A model generated the notes under the pieces. It saw only the letters and a list, made by a program, of their open reading frames with translations. It did not search any database and had not been told where the DNA came from. From Macrostomum hystrix (taxonomy: Eukaryota; Animalia; Platyhelminthes): a stretch of 64,000 bases of DNA. Made by a program: the position numbers and the translations under genes. Location of the stretch: positions 9,114,001 to 9,178,000 of the forward strand of contig CATNEN010000039.1 of NCBI GenBank assembly GCA_950097015.1. Direction: 5' to 3'. Shown here piece after piece: positions 1 to 13,400 of this stretch. Position 1 is the first letter of the stretch. Each line of letters starts with the position of its first letter.

Positions 1-979
1 ACAGACGGATAGATAGAACTGACAGACAGACAGATAGAACTGACAGACGGATAGATAGAACTGACAGACAGACAGATAGAACTGACAGGCAGATAGAACT
101 GACAGACGGATAGATAGAACTGACAGACAGACAGATAGAACTGACAGACGGACAGATAGAAGTGACAGACGGATAGATAAAACTGACAGACGGACAGATA
201 GAACTGACAGGCAGATAGAAGTGACAGACGGACAGATAGAACTGACAGACAGACAGATATAACTGACAGACGGACAGATAGAACTGACAGACGGATAGTA
301 GAACTGACAGACAGACAGATAGAACTGACAGACGGACAGATAGAACTGACAGACAGACAGATAGAACTGACAGGCAGATAGAACTGACAGACGGATAGAT
401 AGAACTGACAGACAGACAGATAGAACTGACAGATGGATAGATAGAACTGACAGACAGACAGATAGAACTGACAGGCAGACAGATATAACTGACAGACGGA
501 TAGATAGAACTGACAGACAGACAGATAGAACTGACAGGCAGATAGAACTGACAGACGGATAGATAGAACTGACAGACAGACAGATAGAACTGACAGACGG
601 ATAGATAGAACTGACAGACAGACAGATAGAACTGACAGACGGACAGATAGAACTGACAGGCAGATAGAACTGACAGACGGATAGATAGAACTGACAGACA
701 GACAGATAGAACTGACAGACGGATAGATAGAACTGACAGACGGATAGATAGAATTGACAGACAGACAGATAGAACTGACAGACAGACAGATAGAACTGAC
801 AGGCAGATAGAACTGACAGACGGACAGATAGAACTGACAGACGGATATATAGAGCTAACAGACGGATAGATAGAACTGACAGACGGACAGATAACTGACA
901 GGCAGATAGAAGTGACAGATGGGCAGATAGAACTGACAGACAGACAGATAGAACTGAAAGACAGACTGACAGTGAGAAA

Positions 980-1076
<97 letters not shown>

Positions 1077-1082
1077 GGCAGG
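1..1082. repeat. GACA/GATA-derived minisatellite (~17-21 bp, ACAGACAGATAGAACTG) ending in a pure (GACA)n microsatellite
   Basis: Directly visible tandem units; pure GACA run at ~981-1076. The ORFs at 855-1100 are repeat translations. Confidence 0.97.
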
Positions 1083-1793
1083 CAATATTTTAGTGTTTAA
1101 ATAGCTACAGGGATTTTTGCATGGCTGCAGCTAGATTGCAAAAACCCATTTCGCAATGGATTTTGGTTGGCCGAAGCGACAGAAAATCGAACAAGGCGGA
1201 TGGGATCTGGCACTGGGCATTGTGGGGTGGGGGCAGAATCGATGTGCCGCCTCTGCGCGGCAATCAATTCTATTTGACCACGCGGCCTCTGTTGGGTCAA
1301 TCGATTTTTCTGATTGCCTTATAATTCACTCCTCCCGTTTAGCTCGATGGCATCTTAAAAGTGCGATAAAATCTTTTTAGATTCTCTCAGCCCTTCTTAA
1401 TTTTTCAATCTATTACGAGCAATCTCCTATATCATTCTACAACCCTCTCTCCATCTCACTCTTATCGCTACCTATCACTATTATCTTTCTCTCTCACTCT
1501 TATCTCTTACTGGCAATTCAGTTTTATTTCCAAGAACACCGCCCACTCCATTACGATTTAGGCATAGATGAACAAAAGCTGAACATTATTACAGCAGTGT
1601 CACACCGGCCTTGAGTGGCACCCGTTGCAATCAACCAATCAGATCGCTTCATGTCTGTAGAAAGCTGGGAGAATGCCCACTTGAAATCTATATGAGCCAT
1701 AGCTGAGGAACCACGATGGATGCACCGTACTGCCGATCCGCCTTCTGTCAGAATAAAAAGTGCGAGTAAAACCAGTTAAAAGGGCCTATCAAG

Positions 1794-4700
1794 ATGGCAC
1801 CGAAAATCCGTTGGTGGCTGTTGCTAGCGGCTGTTTTAATAACCTCTTCCGTCTCCGCAGCTCCATGCTTCAACTATCGAGGCTGGCAGAATCCATGCCA
1901 CAATGTCACTTGCCCGGATAATGCCCAGTGCGTGCCGGCTCTGAATTTGCACAAGTACAAATGCACCTGCCCTACAGACTGCTGGGACATTGGTGATAGC
2001 GACGATAGCGGACAGGTTTGTGCAGACTCAGGCATCAGCTGATCAAGCTCAAGCGCTGCAGCGTTTTCAGCTATATTCCAACCCTAATCCAACCCTAATC
2101 CAACCCTAATCCAACTCTAATCCAACCCTAATCCAACCCTAATCCAACCCTAATCAAACCCTCATCCAACCCTCATCCAACCATAACCCAACCTTAATCC
2201 AACTCTAAACCAACCCTAATCCAACCCTAATCCAACACTAATCCAACCCTAATCCAACCCTAATCCAACCCTAATACAACCCTAATCAAACCCTAATACA
2301 ACCTGTAGTAAAGTCAAGGCCGCGATATTTGCAAGCTGAATGAAATAATAACTCGCCCCAGTCAGAGGCTTTAGCATCGATACTTATTGTATTGAAGTTC
2401 AGAGTGCGTGAGCTGTTATTACGTAATATTGGAGGGCCAAAGTGTACATTATTTTGGTGCTCAGGTTTGAACGGCACATTGGAGAGAGTAAGAGAAGGAG
2501 CGTGTGTAGGTCAGTGCATATGGTACATAAACACTGTCCTACACAACCCTAATCGAACCCTAATCTAAATTCCCAAAGATCTCGCTGTGTTTTCATCTAC
2601 ACTCCAGCCCTATCCAACCCTAATCCAACCCTAATCCAACCCCAATCCAACCCTAATCCAACCCTAATCTAAATTCCCAAAGATCTCGCTGTATTTTCAT
2701 CTACACTCCAGCCCTAATCCAACCCTAATCCAACTTCCCATGGATCTCGCAGTGTTTTTCAGCTCCAACCCTAATCCACAGGTTTGCGGCAGCGATGGCG
2801 TGACATACGCCAGCCTGTGCCATCTGCAGCGCGCCTCCTGCCACGCCGCGGTCATGGTGAAGGCATTCTACCGAGGCGCCTGCGATCCGTGCGTCCAGCT
2901 GACAAGCGACCCGACAGCCCGCCGGCGCTCGGTCTGTCCGCAGGATCAACGCTGCACGCTGGACGCACTGAGACAGTCGCGCTGCGAGTGCAACTATGCT
3001 TGTGAGTCGGTTCATACTACTCATTGGCATTGTGAAGGTGACAGTAGTGTGTATTGAGTTTTTTTTACCGACGCTGCACTCAAACTTAAACAGGCCAGCG
3101 TCACGGCGGCAGCTCTGACGCCTCCGGCCGGGTCTGCGCCTCCAACGGCGTCACCTACCCGGACGAGTGCCGAATGAATCACGATGCTTGCCTGCGCGGC
3201 ATCAACCTGACGATGCTGGGCACTGGCGATTGTCCGACTGGCCGCTACTGCCAGCAGGGACCCAGCCGGTGCCAGCATCCGTACATGCGCTGCCGAGTGC
3301 TCAATCCGGAGACTGGGGCGTCCACCTGCCAGTGTCCGGAGACATGTCCGCCTGTGCTTAGCCAGGTGTGCGGCTCGGATAACAATACTTACGAGTCTCT
3401 GTGTCACCTTTACAGGTATGAACAGGTAGCGCCAACACTGGATATTTGAATATAAGGGTCGGAAACTAATTTTCTGAGAAAAGGTTTGGGAGGCTGGTTT
3501 TTTCAGAAAAGTTCACTTCCGTGGTAGGAAATTTTCACCTTTTTATTACAGGAAAGTTGACAGCTTTTTGTTGGAAACAAATCTAATGCTCTTATTCTGA
3601 TATAACTTTGTTGAATATAATGCTAGAAAAAAAGTTAGTTTTACACACTCTCACTGTGCCTTGGAGGGGGGTGAGTGGGTCAGCGGCTAGTGTCGCTGCC
3701 TCACTTTCCAATGGTCGCTGGTTCGTTCCTCCCTCCAAGTCACGATTATTTCGGGGCTTAGTTGGAGGTTTGCGAAGTAGTGACTTGCGGAGATGCACCT
3801 TATTCTGTGCAACCAAAGCTAATTTAAAATAGCTTCACCCCTGCCTTCTGCATGCCTGCTTGTTTGCGTTTGTGTTTGTGCGTTGGGCCGGGTGTGAGGC
3901 GCTGTATGGGGGTGGGGCGGGTGTACACCAGCCATGCGTGCTCTGAGCGGCGAGGTTTCACCAGCCGTCTGCGCGCGTGGCTTGGTCCTCTCGTCCCTAC
4001 CCTTCAGGCATCTAAGTCCTCCCCTGGTTTGGTCAGCTCTGTCAAGGATTTCGCTGTGGTTTCATCTACACTCCAGCCCTAGCCAACACTAATCCAACCC
4101 TAATCCAACCCCTGGTTTTGAGTGCTTGAGTGCGGGCCTGGGGTGAGAGACACTCCGGCTGCCGCCCCCTTCCCCGCTTGGCTTGCGGCTGTGTGAGGTG
4201 CCTGAGTCCAGGGGTCCAGATGGCGCGATGGGCGACTCCCGCCTAGTTCGCCGCCCTGGGGGCATGCCTTTCCTGCGCTTGTGCGTCAAGTGCCCAAGCC
4301 GCCCAGCAATTAAGTAAAAGTGCCTTGGAGGGTGGCCTCAAGGGCGTTATTATCACGACAAGCACCTAAAATGAATGCGTCCTCGTCGCGGAATCGAGCT
4401 CAGGGACCTTGGTGCGAGAAACAAAAGCGTAAACCGCTCAGCCACTCACCCCCACAGAGCCGATTCAAAAAACGTTTCACTCCCAATTCCCAGGCACGCC
4501 TGCTTTAACAACCTGTCGCCGAAGCAGCTCATGCCAGTACATCGCGGAAGCTGCAGTCGTGAAGGACTGTGCGGTCGTGGCAGCCATCCGCCATGCAGAT
4601 TCGGCGGTGTCTGTCGGGCTAGCATTGTCGAAGAGCAGTTGCCACATCATCTGATTGGTTATAGGCGTCAACTGACTTGCGAACCACCCGAGTGCCTGTG

Positions 4701-5241
4701 GTCGGAGTCCCCAGACGACGCGGAGCCAGCCGGTGATCGCTGGCTATTGGCTCTCATCCTCGCCGCGACTGGTGGCGAGTTCAGCGCCCAGGTGTGCGGC
4801 ACCGACGGCGTCACGTACAAGTCCGAGTGTCACCTGCGTCGAAGAGCGTTCGAGTTGCAACGCGACGTTCGCGTCAGCGAGCGCAGCAGCTGCAACCCGT
4901 GCCGCGGCGTCATCTGTCCTAACTACGGCCTGTGTCGAGTGAACTCGCGCGGCGAGCCGCAGTGTCACTGCCCGACCAACTGCATTTATAGCCCCGGCGA
5001 GAAAAGTGTATGCGGCAGCGACGGGCGGGTGCACGACTCCGAATGCGAGCTGCGAAGAGCGTCCTGTCGCACTAACCAGGAGATTCAGGTTCTGCCTGAG
5101 GAGATGTGTCCTAGAAGTACTGGGATTGGCCTGGAGAGCAGCTCCGCTATTATTTCGAGCACCAGACGTCGAAGCTGGTGGCAACGACAAAGAAAGCTAC
5201 TGCGGCATTATCGCAAACGACGCATCCGCTTAACTAACTGA
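1794..5241 (+). CDS. Secreted agrin-like follistatin/Kazal-repeat protein (5 FOLN-Kazal modules), 4 exons
   Basis: Exons 1794-2015, 2782-3037, 3094-3415, 4494-5241 join in frame by GT-AG (phases 0,1,2). Signal peptide MAPKIRWWLLLAAVLITSSVSA. Repeated C-x-C...VCGSDGxTY.S.C.L...C Kazal motifs. AATAAA at ~5323. Confidence 0.85.
2077..2780. repeat. Telomere-like 11-bp minisatellite (CCAACCCTAAT)n in intron 1, interrupted at ~2300-2545
   Basis: Tandem units embedding CCCTAA; short related copy at ~4047-4112 in intron 3. Confidence 0.9.
3668..3745 (+). mobile_element. tRNA-like SINE head (degenerate)
   Basis: A-box-like TGGGTCAGCGG and B-box-like GGTTCGTTCC at tRNA spacing; no convincing cloverleaf. 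Confidence 0.4.
4319..4452 (-). mobile_element. tRNA-derived SINE, family 1 (partial copy)
   Basis: Shares CGCGGAATCGAGCTCAGGGACCTTGGTG with 14990-15020 and 62167-62195. Minus strand has A-box TGGCTGAGCGG and B-box-like GCTCGATTCC. Confidence 0.7.
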
Positions 5242-5528
5242 TGCTCAGTAGTCGCAAAAGGTGCGTCGTTTGCTTGAGTTGACAAGCTTTAGTCGTTTAA
5301 CCTTCAATTATCGTTTCTGTGAAATAAACAATAGATTAACTGTACTTCATAAAAAGAAACTGCTTTGTGAGTTCGTAAAATTAATTTAATAAAGCTTAGA
5401 GCTTCAACTAAATGTTGTGGAAGCGAGTCAAAAATTATTCAGGGTTAGGATTACGATAGTTTTCTAATGCGAGTGATTATATAACCTGGATCAATGCAGA
5501 AGTAATATCTACGCTTCAGTCACGGCAC

Positions 5529-5651
5529 ATTCAAATTCCGGATTTAATTCAAATTCCGGATTTAATTCAAATTCCGGATTTAATTCAAATTCCGGATTTA
5601 ATTCAAATTCCGGATTTAATTCAAATTCCGGGTTTAATTCAAATTTCGGAG
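5529..5651. repeat. 18-bp near-palindromic minisatellite (TTCAAATTCCGGATTTAA), ~6.5 copies
   Basis: Directly visible. Confidence 0.95.
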
Positions 5652-6111
5652 TTTGAAAAAGCTATCTAGACTATTTTAGCTTATACCTTATACATATTAA
5701 TTTATGACTGTGTCTTTTTTCATCAATATCGGTCGAACACATGCAGAGATATTAGGGGTTTCTAAGAACTTTTTGGACGCACTAAGGTAAATGATAGCCA
5801 AGTTGTTGATTAGTACGCTAGGTCTATAGTTTATCAGAATCTGGCTTATTCTTAATTCACAAGTACACTGTGCCGACTATCTTGGAGTAAGTAAAACATT
5901 GAGGAATAGAAGTTTATTATTATAAATAATTATATTCCTAGGTGCCGAATGAAAAGCCATTTCCTTAACTATTCGCATTACTTCGTTAACTCAAGCGTGA
6001 CAACTGACGTTTAAAAAAAGAACGATTAACTAATCGCTCAAAACAGAGTTTCAGAGTCTCAAAGATGCTATTGTTATCGCATTTATTTTGAAAGGCACAA
6101 CATACAAATCA

Positions 6112-6640
6112 AAGGCTGAATAGGACCTGAGGGAGAGGCTGAATAGGACCTGAAGGAGAGGCTGAATAGGACCTGAGGGAGAGGCTGAATAGAACCTGAG
6201 GCAGAGGCTGAATAGGACCTGAAGGAGAGGCTGAATAGAACCTGAAGGAGAGGCTGAATAGGACCTGAAGGAGAGGCTGAATAGGACCTGAAGGAGAGGC
6301 TGAATAGGACCTGAAGGAGAGGCTGAATAGGACCTGAGGGAGAGGCTGAATAGGACCTGAAGGAGAGGCTGAATAGGACCTGAAGGAGAGGCTGAATAGG
6401 ACCTGAAGGAGAGGCTGAATAGGACCTGAAGCAGAGGCTGAATAGGACCTGAAGGAGAGGCTGAATAGAACCTGAAGCAGAGGCTGAATAGAACCTGAGG
6501 CAGAGGCTGAATAGAACCTGAAGTAGAAGATGAATAGAACCTGAAGGAGAGGCTGAATAGGACCTGAAAGAGAGGCTGAATAGGACCTGAAAGAGAGGCT
6601 GAATAGGACCTGAAAGAGAGGCTGAATAGGACCTGAGGCT
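6112..6640. repeat. 23-bp minisatellite (AGGCTGAATAGGACCTGAAGGAG), ~23 copies
   Basis: Directly visible; lies between two convergent gene 3' ends. Confidence 0.97.
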
Positions 6641-7395
6641 AGGATTTGTTTCTCAAATTTCCACCTCCTTAATTATTTATTCAGTACAGAATATTTATTA
6701 TACGTGTTGATGCACAATAGACATCAACCACCAGGTGTGAAGCACCTTATAATTTAATTTGTTTGCTTTGAAAGTGCAATTTACACCAAGCGGTTCGTTC
6801 ATTGTCGTGTACTTTTATTTTTTACAGAACTTCAATCAACTACGCTCGCAACTGTCTTGGAAGGCAAGGAAACAGCATTAACAACAAACAAGCCAATAGA
6901 CGGCGGTTTTCTTGTTTCTTTGTTCAACGAGAGTCAATTCCTCGTAGAAGACGATATATAATACTTAAAGTAATATGTAAAGCAAAAACAAGCGTATATT
7001 TTTGTTCAGTCCAGAATTGATATTTTGAATCCCTCAGTGTCAGTTGGGTCTGCAGATGAAAATGATAAAATCTGGATGAGTTTGGAGGCTGGTTTGAAGA
7101 CGACAGTAGAAAGTTAACAGAACATAATTACATATTTGCTTGTCAAATAAAAAAAATGTTTTAAACACAGCAGTTTAAAAGTTGGTTAAAAAACACAAGG
7201 TTAAAAACTCATTGTGCGAGATTTCTTAACACGAATTTCACAGAAAAATCTAAACAAATTCGAATTCGACTAGTAACAAGATGATATAAAAACAGATACA
7301 GATTTTTAAGTACAAGAAATATATATTTAACAAGGCATAATTCAGCGCGTTCAATAATTTAATCACACCTAAAGATAATGGTCGATTTTTCAAAG

Positions 7396-10300
7396 TCAGC
7401 ACTGGGACGATGCCGCATCTTCATCGCCAGTGCAGTACCATGCTGTCTGGTTTAGCTGCTGCTGTTGCTGTTTAACTGCAGAGGTGGGTTCAACACTGAT
7501 GCGGGTGAGCCGTTCCAAGTCTCGCTCGGAAAGTCCGTGATGTGGCTGTTGCTGCAGTTGCTGCTGCTGCTGCTGCTGCTGCTGCATTAGGTGCTGAAAG
7601 TGCGTCGGCCGGCCGTCTCTGGTGCTGCTATAGCCGCTGCTGCTGCTTACAGTGGACTCTGCGCCTGCCACCATGGATAGCCGAGTTGGCGTCTGCTGCT
7701 GCTGCTGCTGCTGACGATTCTGACTGACCTCGGCACCGGTTCTCTCCTCCAGAGCATCCAGAACTCGGGCAGAGGCTCCAAGCCGGGCAGGATAGCGCGG
7801 CAGCGACGGAGCCGCTGAAGTTGAAGAGCCTCCGCCAGCGCTGCTGACGCCGCCGATGCCAGGGACGCCGCGCGGTGGCAGCGACATGGCCGACAATTCG
7901 CTGTCGGAAACCTCCGTGATGGTGGACAGATTCGGCTCGTAGACTGCGTCCTCAAGAGCCAGCAGTTCGTTGCTTATGCCACCGCCGCCGCCGTAGATTA
8001 AATGCTTCAGAGTCTGGCCTTCACTTGGTTGCCATGGCAACTTGCCAGGCGGAGATTTTGGCCGCGTTGGTCGCGACAATGGCTGCGGCTGCGGCTGAGA
8101 AGTCGGCGGCGCAGGCGGCTGGGCATTCTCTGTCGCTTTTGTCGCGTCCTCGTCCGCTTCGCCCTCCTGGGATGGTCGCCGGAATCCAGGCGGCGGCTTT
8201 GCCACCGGCAGGGGGAACACTTCCGCCGACACGTCCAAAGCATCCAGTTCCGCCTCCTCGCCGATTTCACTTCTAGCGGCTGCGGCGGAGGCTGAGGCCG
8301 ACAGCGGAAAGCTAATCTGGCCAGAGTGCAGGCTAAGCAGCGACTCCTGAGATCCGGCCGCTCCGCTTAGTTTCGATGCCGAGGAGGACGACAGCAGAGA
8401 AGCCGTTGATGATTCCGGCAGCAGCTGGGACGGAGCGTTCGCCACATCCTGCAGGCCCAGCAGAGCGGTGGCTGCCAGTTGAAGCAGCCGGCCTGCCTGC
8501 CTGCCGCCGGAGCCGCCGCTCAGCTGAAGTAGCACGGACTCCTGGCCGACCTCAAGCAGATCGAAGCCGAGTGACGACAACAACTCGTGACAGCCGTCGG
8601 AGCCGCGCCACAGCCGCACGGGGACGCGCAGCTCGGCAGCCGCAGCCGAGGACGCTCGAGGAGTTGTTGAAGATCTGGACTGCTGCTGAGAGGCTAGTAG
8701 CAGGTCGACTAGCTGGCGCAGTTGTCCTGCAGGCGACGCTGTCAGTAGGCGAGTCAGGGCACCCAATGATCGATCTGGCAGTGCCAGCAGGGCCATGAGG
8801 CAGGCGGAGGTCTGGGCCAGCCGCTCGGCCGGATCAAGCGTCGGAAAGAACAGCACCCCAGCGCCCAGGCTGCCGTTGCCGGTGTCGTCGGAGTCAGCGC
8901 TCTCTTGTCGAAATCCCAAGGCGGCCAGGAGGCATCGCCAGTGACGGCTGGTGGAGACGGGACGACCGACTTTCTTCTCAACGCTGGCCAGGCTGGTGTA
9001 CATTGGCGTGCGACAGTTCTGCGGGGAGGTCAATGAAGGTCAAGAAGGGTCAGTCTGAGGAAGTATCCTAACCGAGGGAGAAGCTGAGTAGAGTAGCCTG
9101 AAGAGAAGTTGAGTAGAGCCTGAAGAGAAATGGAGTGGAGCCTGAAGAGAAGCTGAGTAGAGCCTGAAGAGAAATAGATTAGAGCATGAAGAGAAATAGA
9201 GTGGAGCCTGAAGAGAAATAGAGTGGAGCCTGAAGAGAAATAGAGTAGAGCCTGAAGAGAAAAAGAGTGGAGCCTGAAATAAAGTAGATTAGAGCCTGAA
9301 GAGAAATAGATTAGAGCCTGAAGAGAAATAGAGTGGAGCCTGAAGCAGTGGGGCCGCTCACCTGCGAGATTCTCTGCAGCGACTTTTCAACCAGATGCAG
9401 CAGGATGCGCAAAGCCTCCTTGCGGGCTGCGACTTCGCCGACGCCGCTAGCGACCAGTGCCGACAATGACCTGGCGATGGCCAGGCTGCGCTTTCGGAGC
9501 CGCACGGAGGCGTCGCCAATCAGCGCCCAGCCGGCCCAGCACTGCGGCGCCGAGCTGACCTCGGCCCGAACCTGAGCCTGGGCTGCGCGGAGAGCGGCGC
9601 CAACTGGCAGGTCGCGCAGCAGGCCGGTGTAGAATGCCTTCAGCATTACGCGCGAGGCCTTGTCCGGCGTTGGCCAGAGGCAGACCAGGCAGCAGCGAAC
9701 TCCGGCGGCTAGGAGGGCGCGGCACAGATTCTGCAGGCCCTCTGACGTGGCCTGACCGGCCGCGGCGCTGGAGTGTCCGGAGCTGATGACAGCCAGCCGG
9801 CAGGCAGGCAGGCGGGCGTGACTCAGATCCTCGGGCGTCAGTAGCAGGTCCGACAGTGACGCGGACTGTTGTGAGACTCCGTCTGCATCAGCGCCAGCAG
9901 CAGCGTCTGAGAGTTGCTGCTGCTGCTGCTGCTGCTGCTGCGGCGAAGGAGCTAAAACAATAGCCGCCTGCGACCAGCAAACATTGGTTGCAAAGTGCAA
10001 TATCTCAATCGGCTCATCTCTGAGATCTGCGGGGTCGGCGGACGGCTGCGGCTGCTGTTGCTGCTGGGCCAGCTGCTGCAGCACAGCCCGCCGAGTTGCC
10101 TGCCGACCAATCAGAGGCCGGGGCGCGGCAGCCAGCAGGTCGGCCACGCTGCGGCACTCGTGCTCAGCCGGGGCGGAGGCCGGCCACCACTGCTGGCGCT
10201 CGGCAATGCCGCGAGGCAGCCAGGGATTACCAACCAGCAGCTGACGATGCGGCTGCAGCTGAGCCTCGTCGGAGCCGCTGAAAGCCTGGGTGTTTTCAGC

Positions 10301-10420
10301 CTGGCCGTCTTTGACAGCGTCGCCAATGTTCGGTCTGTCAGGTTTAAATTCAGAAAAATATTAGATTTTCCACTATTTTTATCACGGTCTTATTATTAAA
10401 AGCACCAACCGTTGCGCCAC

Positions 10421-10471
<51 letters not shown>

Positions 10472-13400
10472 ATGCAGCTGCTGTCTGCAGTGCAGCAGGC
10501 AGTGCAGATTAGGCGCCAGGCTGATGTTGAATCGGTCGCCCAGGGCAGCAAGCGATGCCGGTTTGAGCAGACTAAATGGCACCAGGTACAGATCGCCTTG
10601 AGGCACAATGATGAGATTGGGACGCAGATGCTGCTGCTGCTGCTGTTGCTGCTGCGGCAAATGAGGTTCAAGATCAGCGAATAGCACATTGTACAAGTGA
10701 GTGAGGGCTCGCCGACCAACACCGCCGCCGCTTCCTCCTCCGCAGCCACTTCCGCCGCTGCGTCCGGAAGCCAGCGAGAGGGAGTCAGCTGATGCAGCCG
10801 CTGCAGCCGCCGCGGCCGTGCCGGCAAAGAAGCCGGCAGAGAACGAAGCCACGCTGTGCGCCTCGGCCGCAGCATCGCCGACGCTGTCTCCGGTGAAGTC
10901 CGGATCCAGCTGGTTCACATCCACCTGACGGAATGCGGCCAGGCCCTCGGCGGGCGTCAGCAGCCAGGTGTACAGGTAGCCGGCTGCCAGGGAGAAGTAC
11001 ACCAGGCTGGAGTCGCAGTCGCGGACCAGTCGTATCATTTCATCGTAGGTCATCGGACCCTGGAATTAGGTTATGAGGCGAGAGGGGTGCTGGGAAAACT
11101 TCTTATGATAGAACAGACACCCAGAAAACTGATAGTTAATTATATACACAGCGCACCTGCAGAACATCGCTCAAATCAGCGTCGGCGTCTCTCGCCTGCC
11201 TGTCCAGCAGCAGGTCAACGAAGGGCCTAGCGTGGCAGGTCTCGGCGGCAACGAGGGCCTCCTGTGGCCGGGCTAGGCTGGCCAGGACTCGCTGCAGGGC
11301 CTGCGAGCAGGCGGTCTGGGCTGACAGGAGGGCGGCCCGCTGCTCGGAGGCCAAGCGTTGTCGATCGCCTCGGCGTAGTTCGTCTAGCAGGTCGAATGCG
11401 GACTGCAGCTGCTGGCGAGCGTCGGGCAGGCGACCGCTGGCCCACAGGGAAAGGCCGAGGCGGTGTCGGATGCGGGCCTCCTCCTCGCGATAGCCGGTCT
11501 TTTCCGCCGCCTGGCGAGAGCAGGGGAATGGCGAGAGTAAGTGAATGGCGAGAGTATGTGAATAGCGAGAGTAGGAGAATGGCGAGAGTAGGTAAATGGC
11601 AAGAGTATGTGAATAGAGAGAGTAGGTAATTAGCGAGAGCAGGTGAATGGCGAGAGTATGTTAATGGCGAAACTAGGTGAATGGCGAGAGTAGGTGAATG
11701 GCGAGAGTAGGTGAATGTCGAGAATAGGAGAATGGCGAGAGTAGGTAATTAGCGAGAGCAGGTGAATGGCGAGAATTGAAGCCCACCTGCAGGCCGTCTC
11801 TCAGGTAGCGAATGGCTTCTCCATAGCTGGCCAGGCAGTGGTGAATGCGGCCCAGAGCAGTTAGAGCGGCCAGTCTCGCCTGCTCTTTGGACAAATCCCC
11901 GGCGGATCTCAAATGTCGCTCCTGATAGTCCAGGGCCAACTTATATTCGCCCTGGGCCTCGTAGACCAGGCCGATGTTGCCGTAGGCCCGACACCGCGCC
12001 TCCGGCAGATTATTGGCCTCGGCTAGGCGCAGGTCCAGCAGGTGAAATTCGAGGCTACGACCGAACTCGGACATCTGCTGGTAGACCCGGCCCAGGCCAG
12101 ATGCCGCGTCCGCCTCGCTGCTGGCGGAGCCCGCCTGGAGTCGGCGGAGGGCAGACAGGTGATTTCAATATTTCGCCTCGAATCAATGTCTCTCATCCAA
12201 TCTCACAGTGTCTCTCGTCTAATCTCAAAGTGTCTCTCATCTAATCTCACAGAGGCTCTCATCTAATCTCACAGTGGCTCCGATCCAATCTCACAGTGGC
12301 TCTGATCCAATCTCACAGTGGCTCTGATCCAATCTCACAGTGGCTCTGATCCAATCTCACAGTGGCTCTGATCCAATCTCACAGTGTCTCTCATCCAATC
12401 TCACAGTGGCTCTGATCCAATCTCACAGTGGCTCTGATCCAATCTCACAGTGGCTCTGATCCAATCTCACAGTGTCTCTCATCAAATCTCACAGTGGCTC
12501 TGATCCAATCTTACAGTGGCTCTGATCCAATCTCACAGTGGCTCTGATCCAATCTCACAGTGTCTCTCATCCAATCTCACAGTGGCTCTGATCCAATCTC
12601 ACAGTGGCTCTGATCCAATCTCACAGTGGCTCTGATCCAATCTTACAGTGTCTCTCATCCAATCTCACAGTGGCTCTGATACAATCTCACAGTGTCTCTC
12701 ATCAAATCTCACAGTGTCCCTCATCTAAACTCAGTGTCTCACATCTAAACTCAGTGTCTCTCATCCAATCTCACAATCTCACCCTCCGATCTCACAGTGC
12801 TCTTTAATCCCACTCTAAAATTTCCCTCAACCAGGCGCACCTGCTTGGCAATTTTGAGCTGGTGTGTGAGGCAGCCGATCGCCTGCTCAAAGTTGCCGCT
12901 AGCCGCGTGCAGGCCGCCCATCTCGCCGTAGGCGCTGGCCATCCAGTCCAGTCGCTGAGCCTCGTGGGCCACAATCAGCCGCTTCTCCTGGCACACCAGC
13001 GCCTGCTGCAGGTGGCCGCTGTGCCGGTGGCAGGCCGCCAAGCCGGTCAGGGCCCTCTGCTGACCGGCCAGATTGCCGGTTCTCTGGCACAGCGACTGGT
13101 AGCGCTCGTAGCAGCCGACTGCGCCTTCCCAGTCGCCCAGAGATTCGTAGCACTCGCCAAGACGGCGAAGGGCTTCGCCACGTTCAGCGTCAACCGACCG
13201 CCTGCCGGGCGGTAGACGATCCAGCTGAGCCAGCTGCTGCTCCAGGTAGCCAATCGCCTGTTCCAGCTCGCTGCTGGACACTTTTGCGGCCGCCAATTGG
13301 CCGCAGGCTCGGGCCTCCAGCGCCGGCTGGTTGGACTCCTGGGCTAGGCGGAGGGCTTCCTCGAAGCAGCGCACAGCGGAGCCGATGTTGCTCAGGGCCA

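Noticed and set aside
2016-2042. Premature stop or selenocysteine TGA after VCADSGIS
   Set aside because: Lies in intron 1; the donor at 2016 joins in frame to VCGSDG at 2782.
2077-2300. True telomere or chromosome end
   Set aside because: 11-bp variant unit located inside an intron with genes on both sides.
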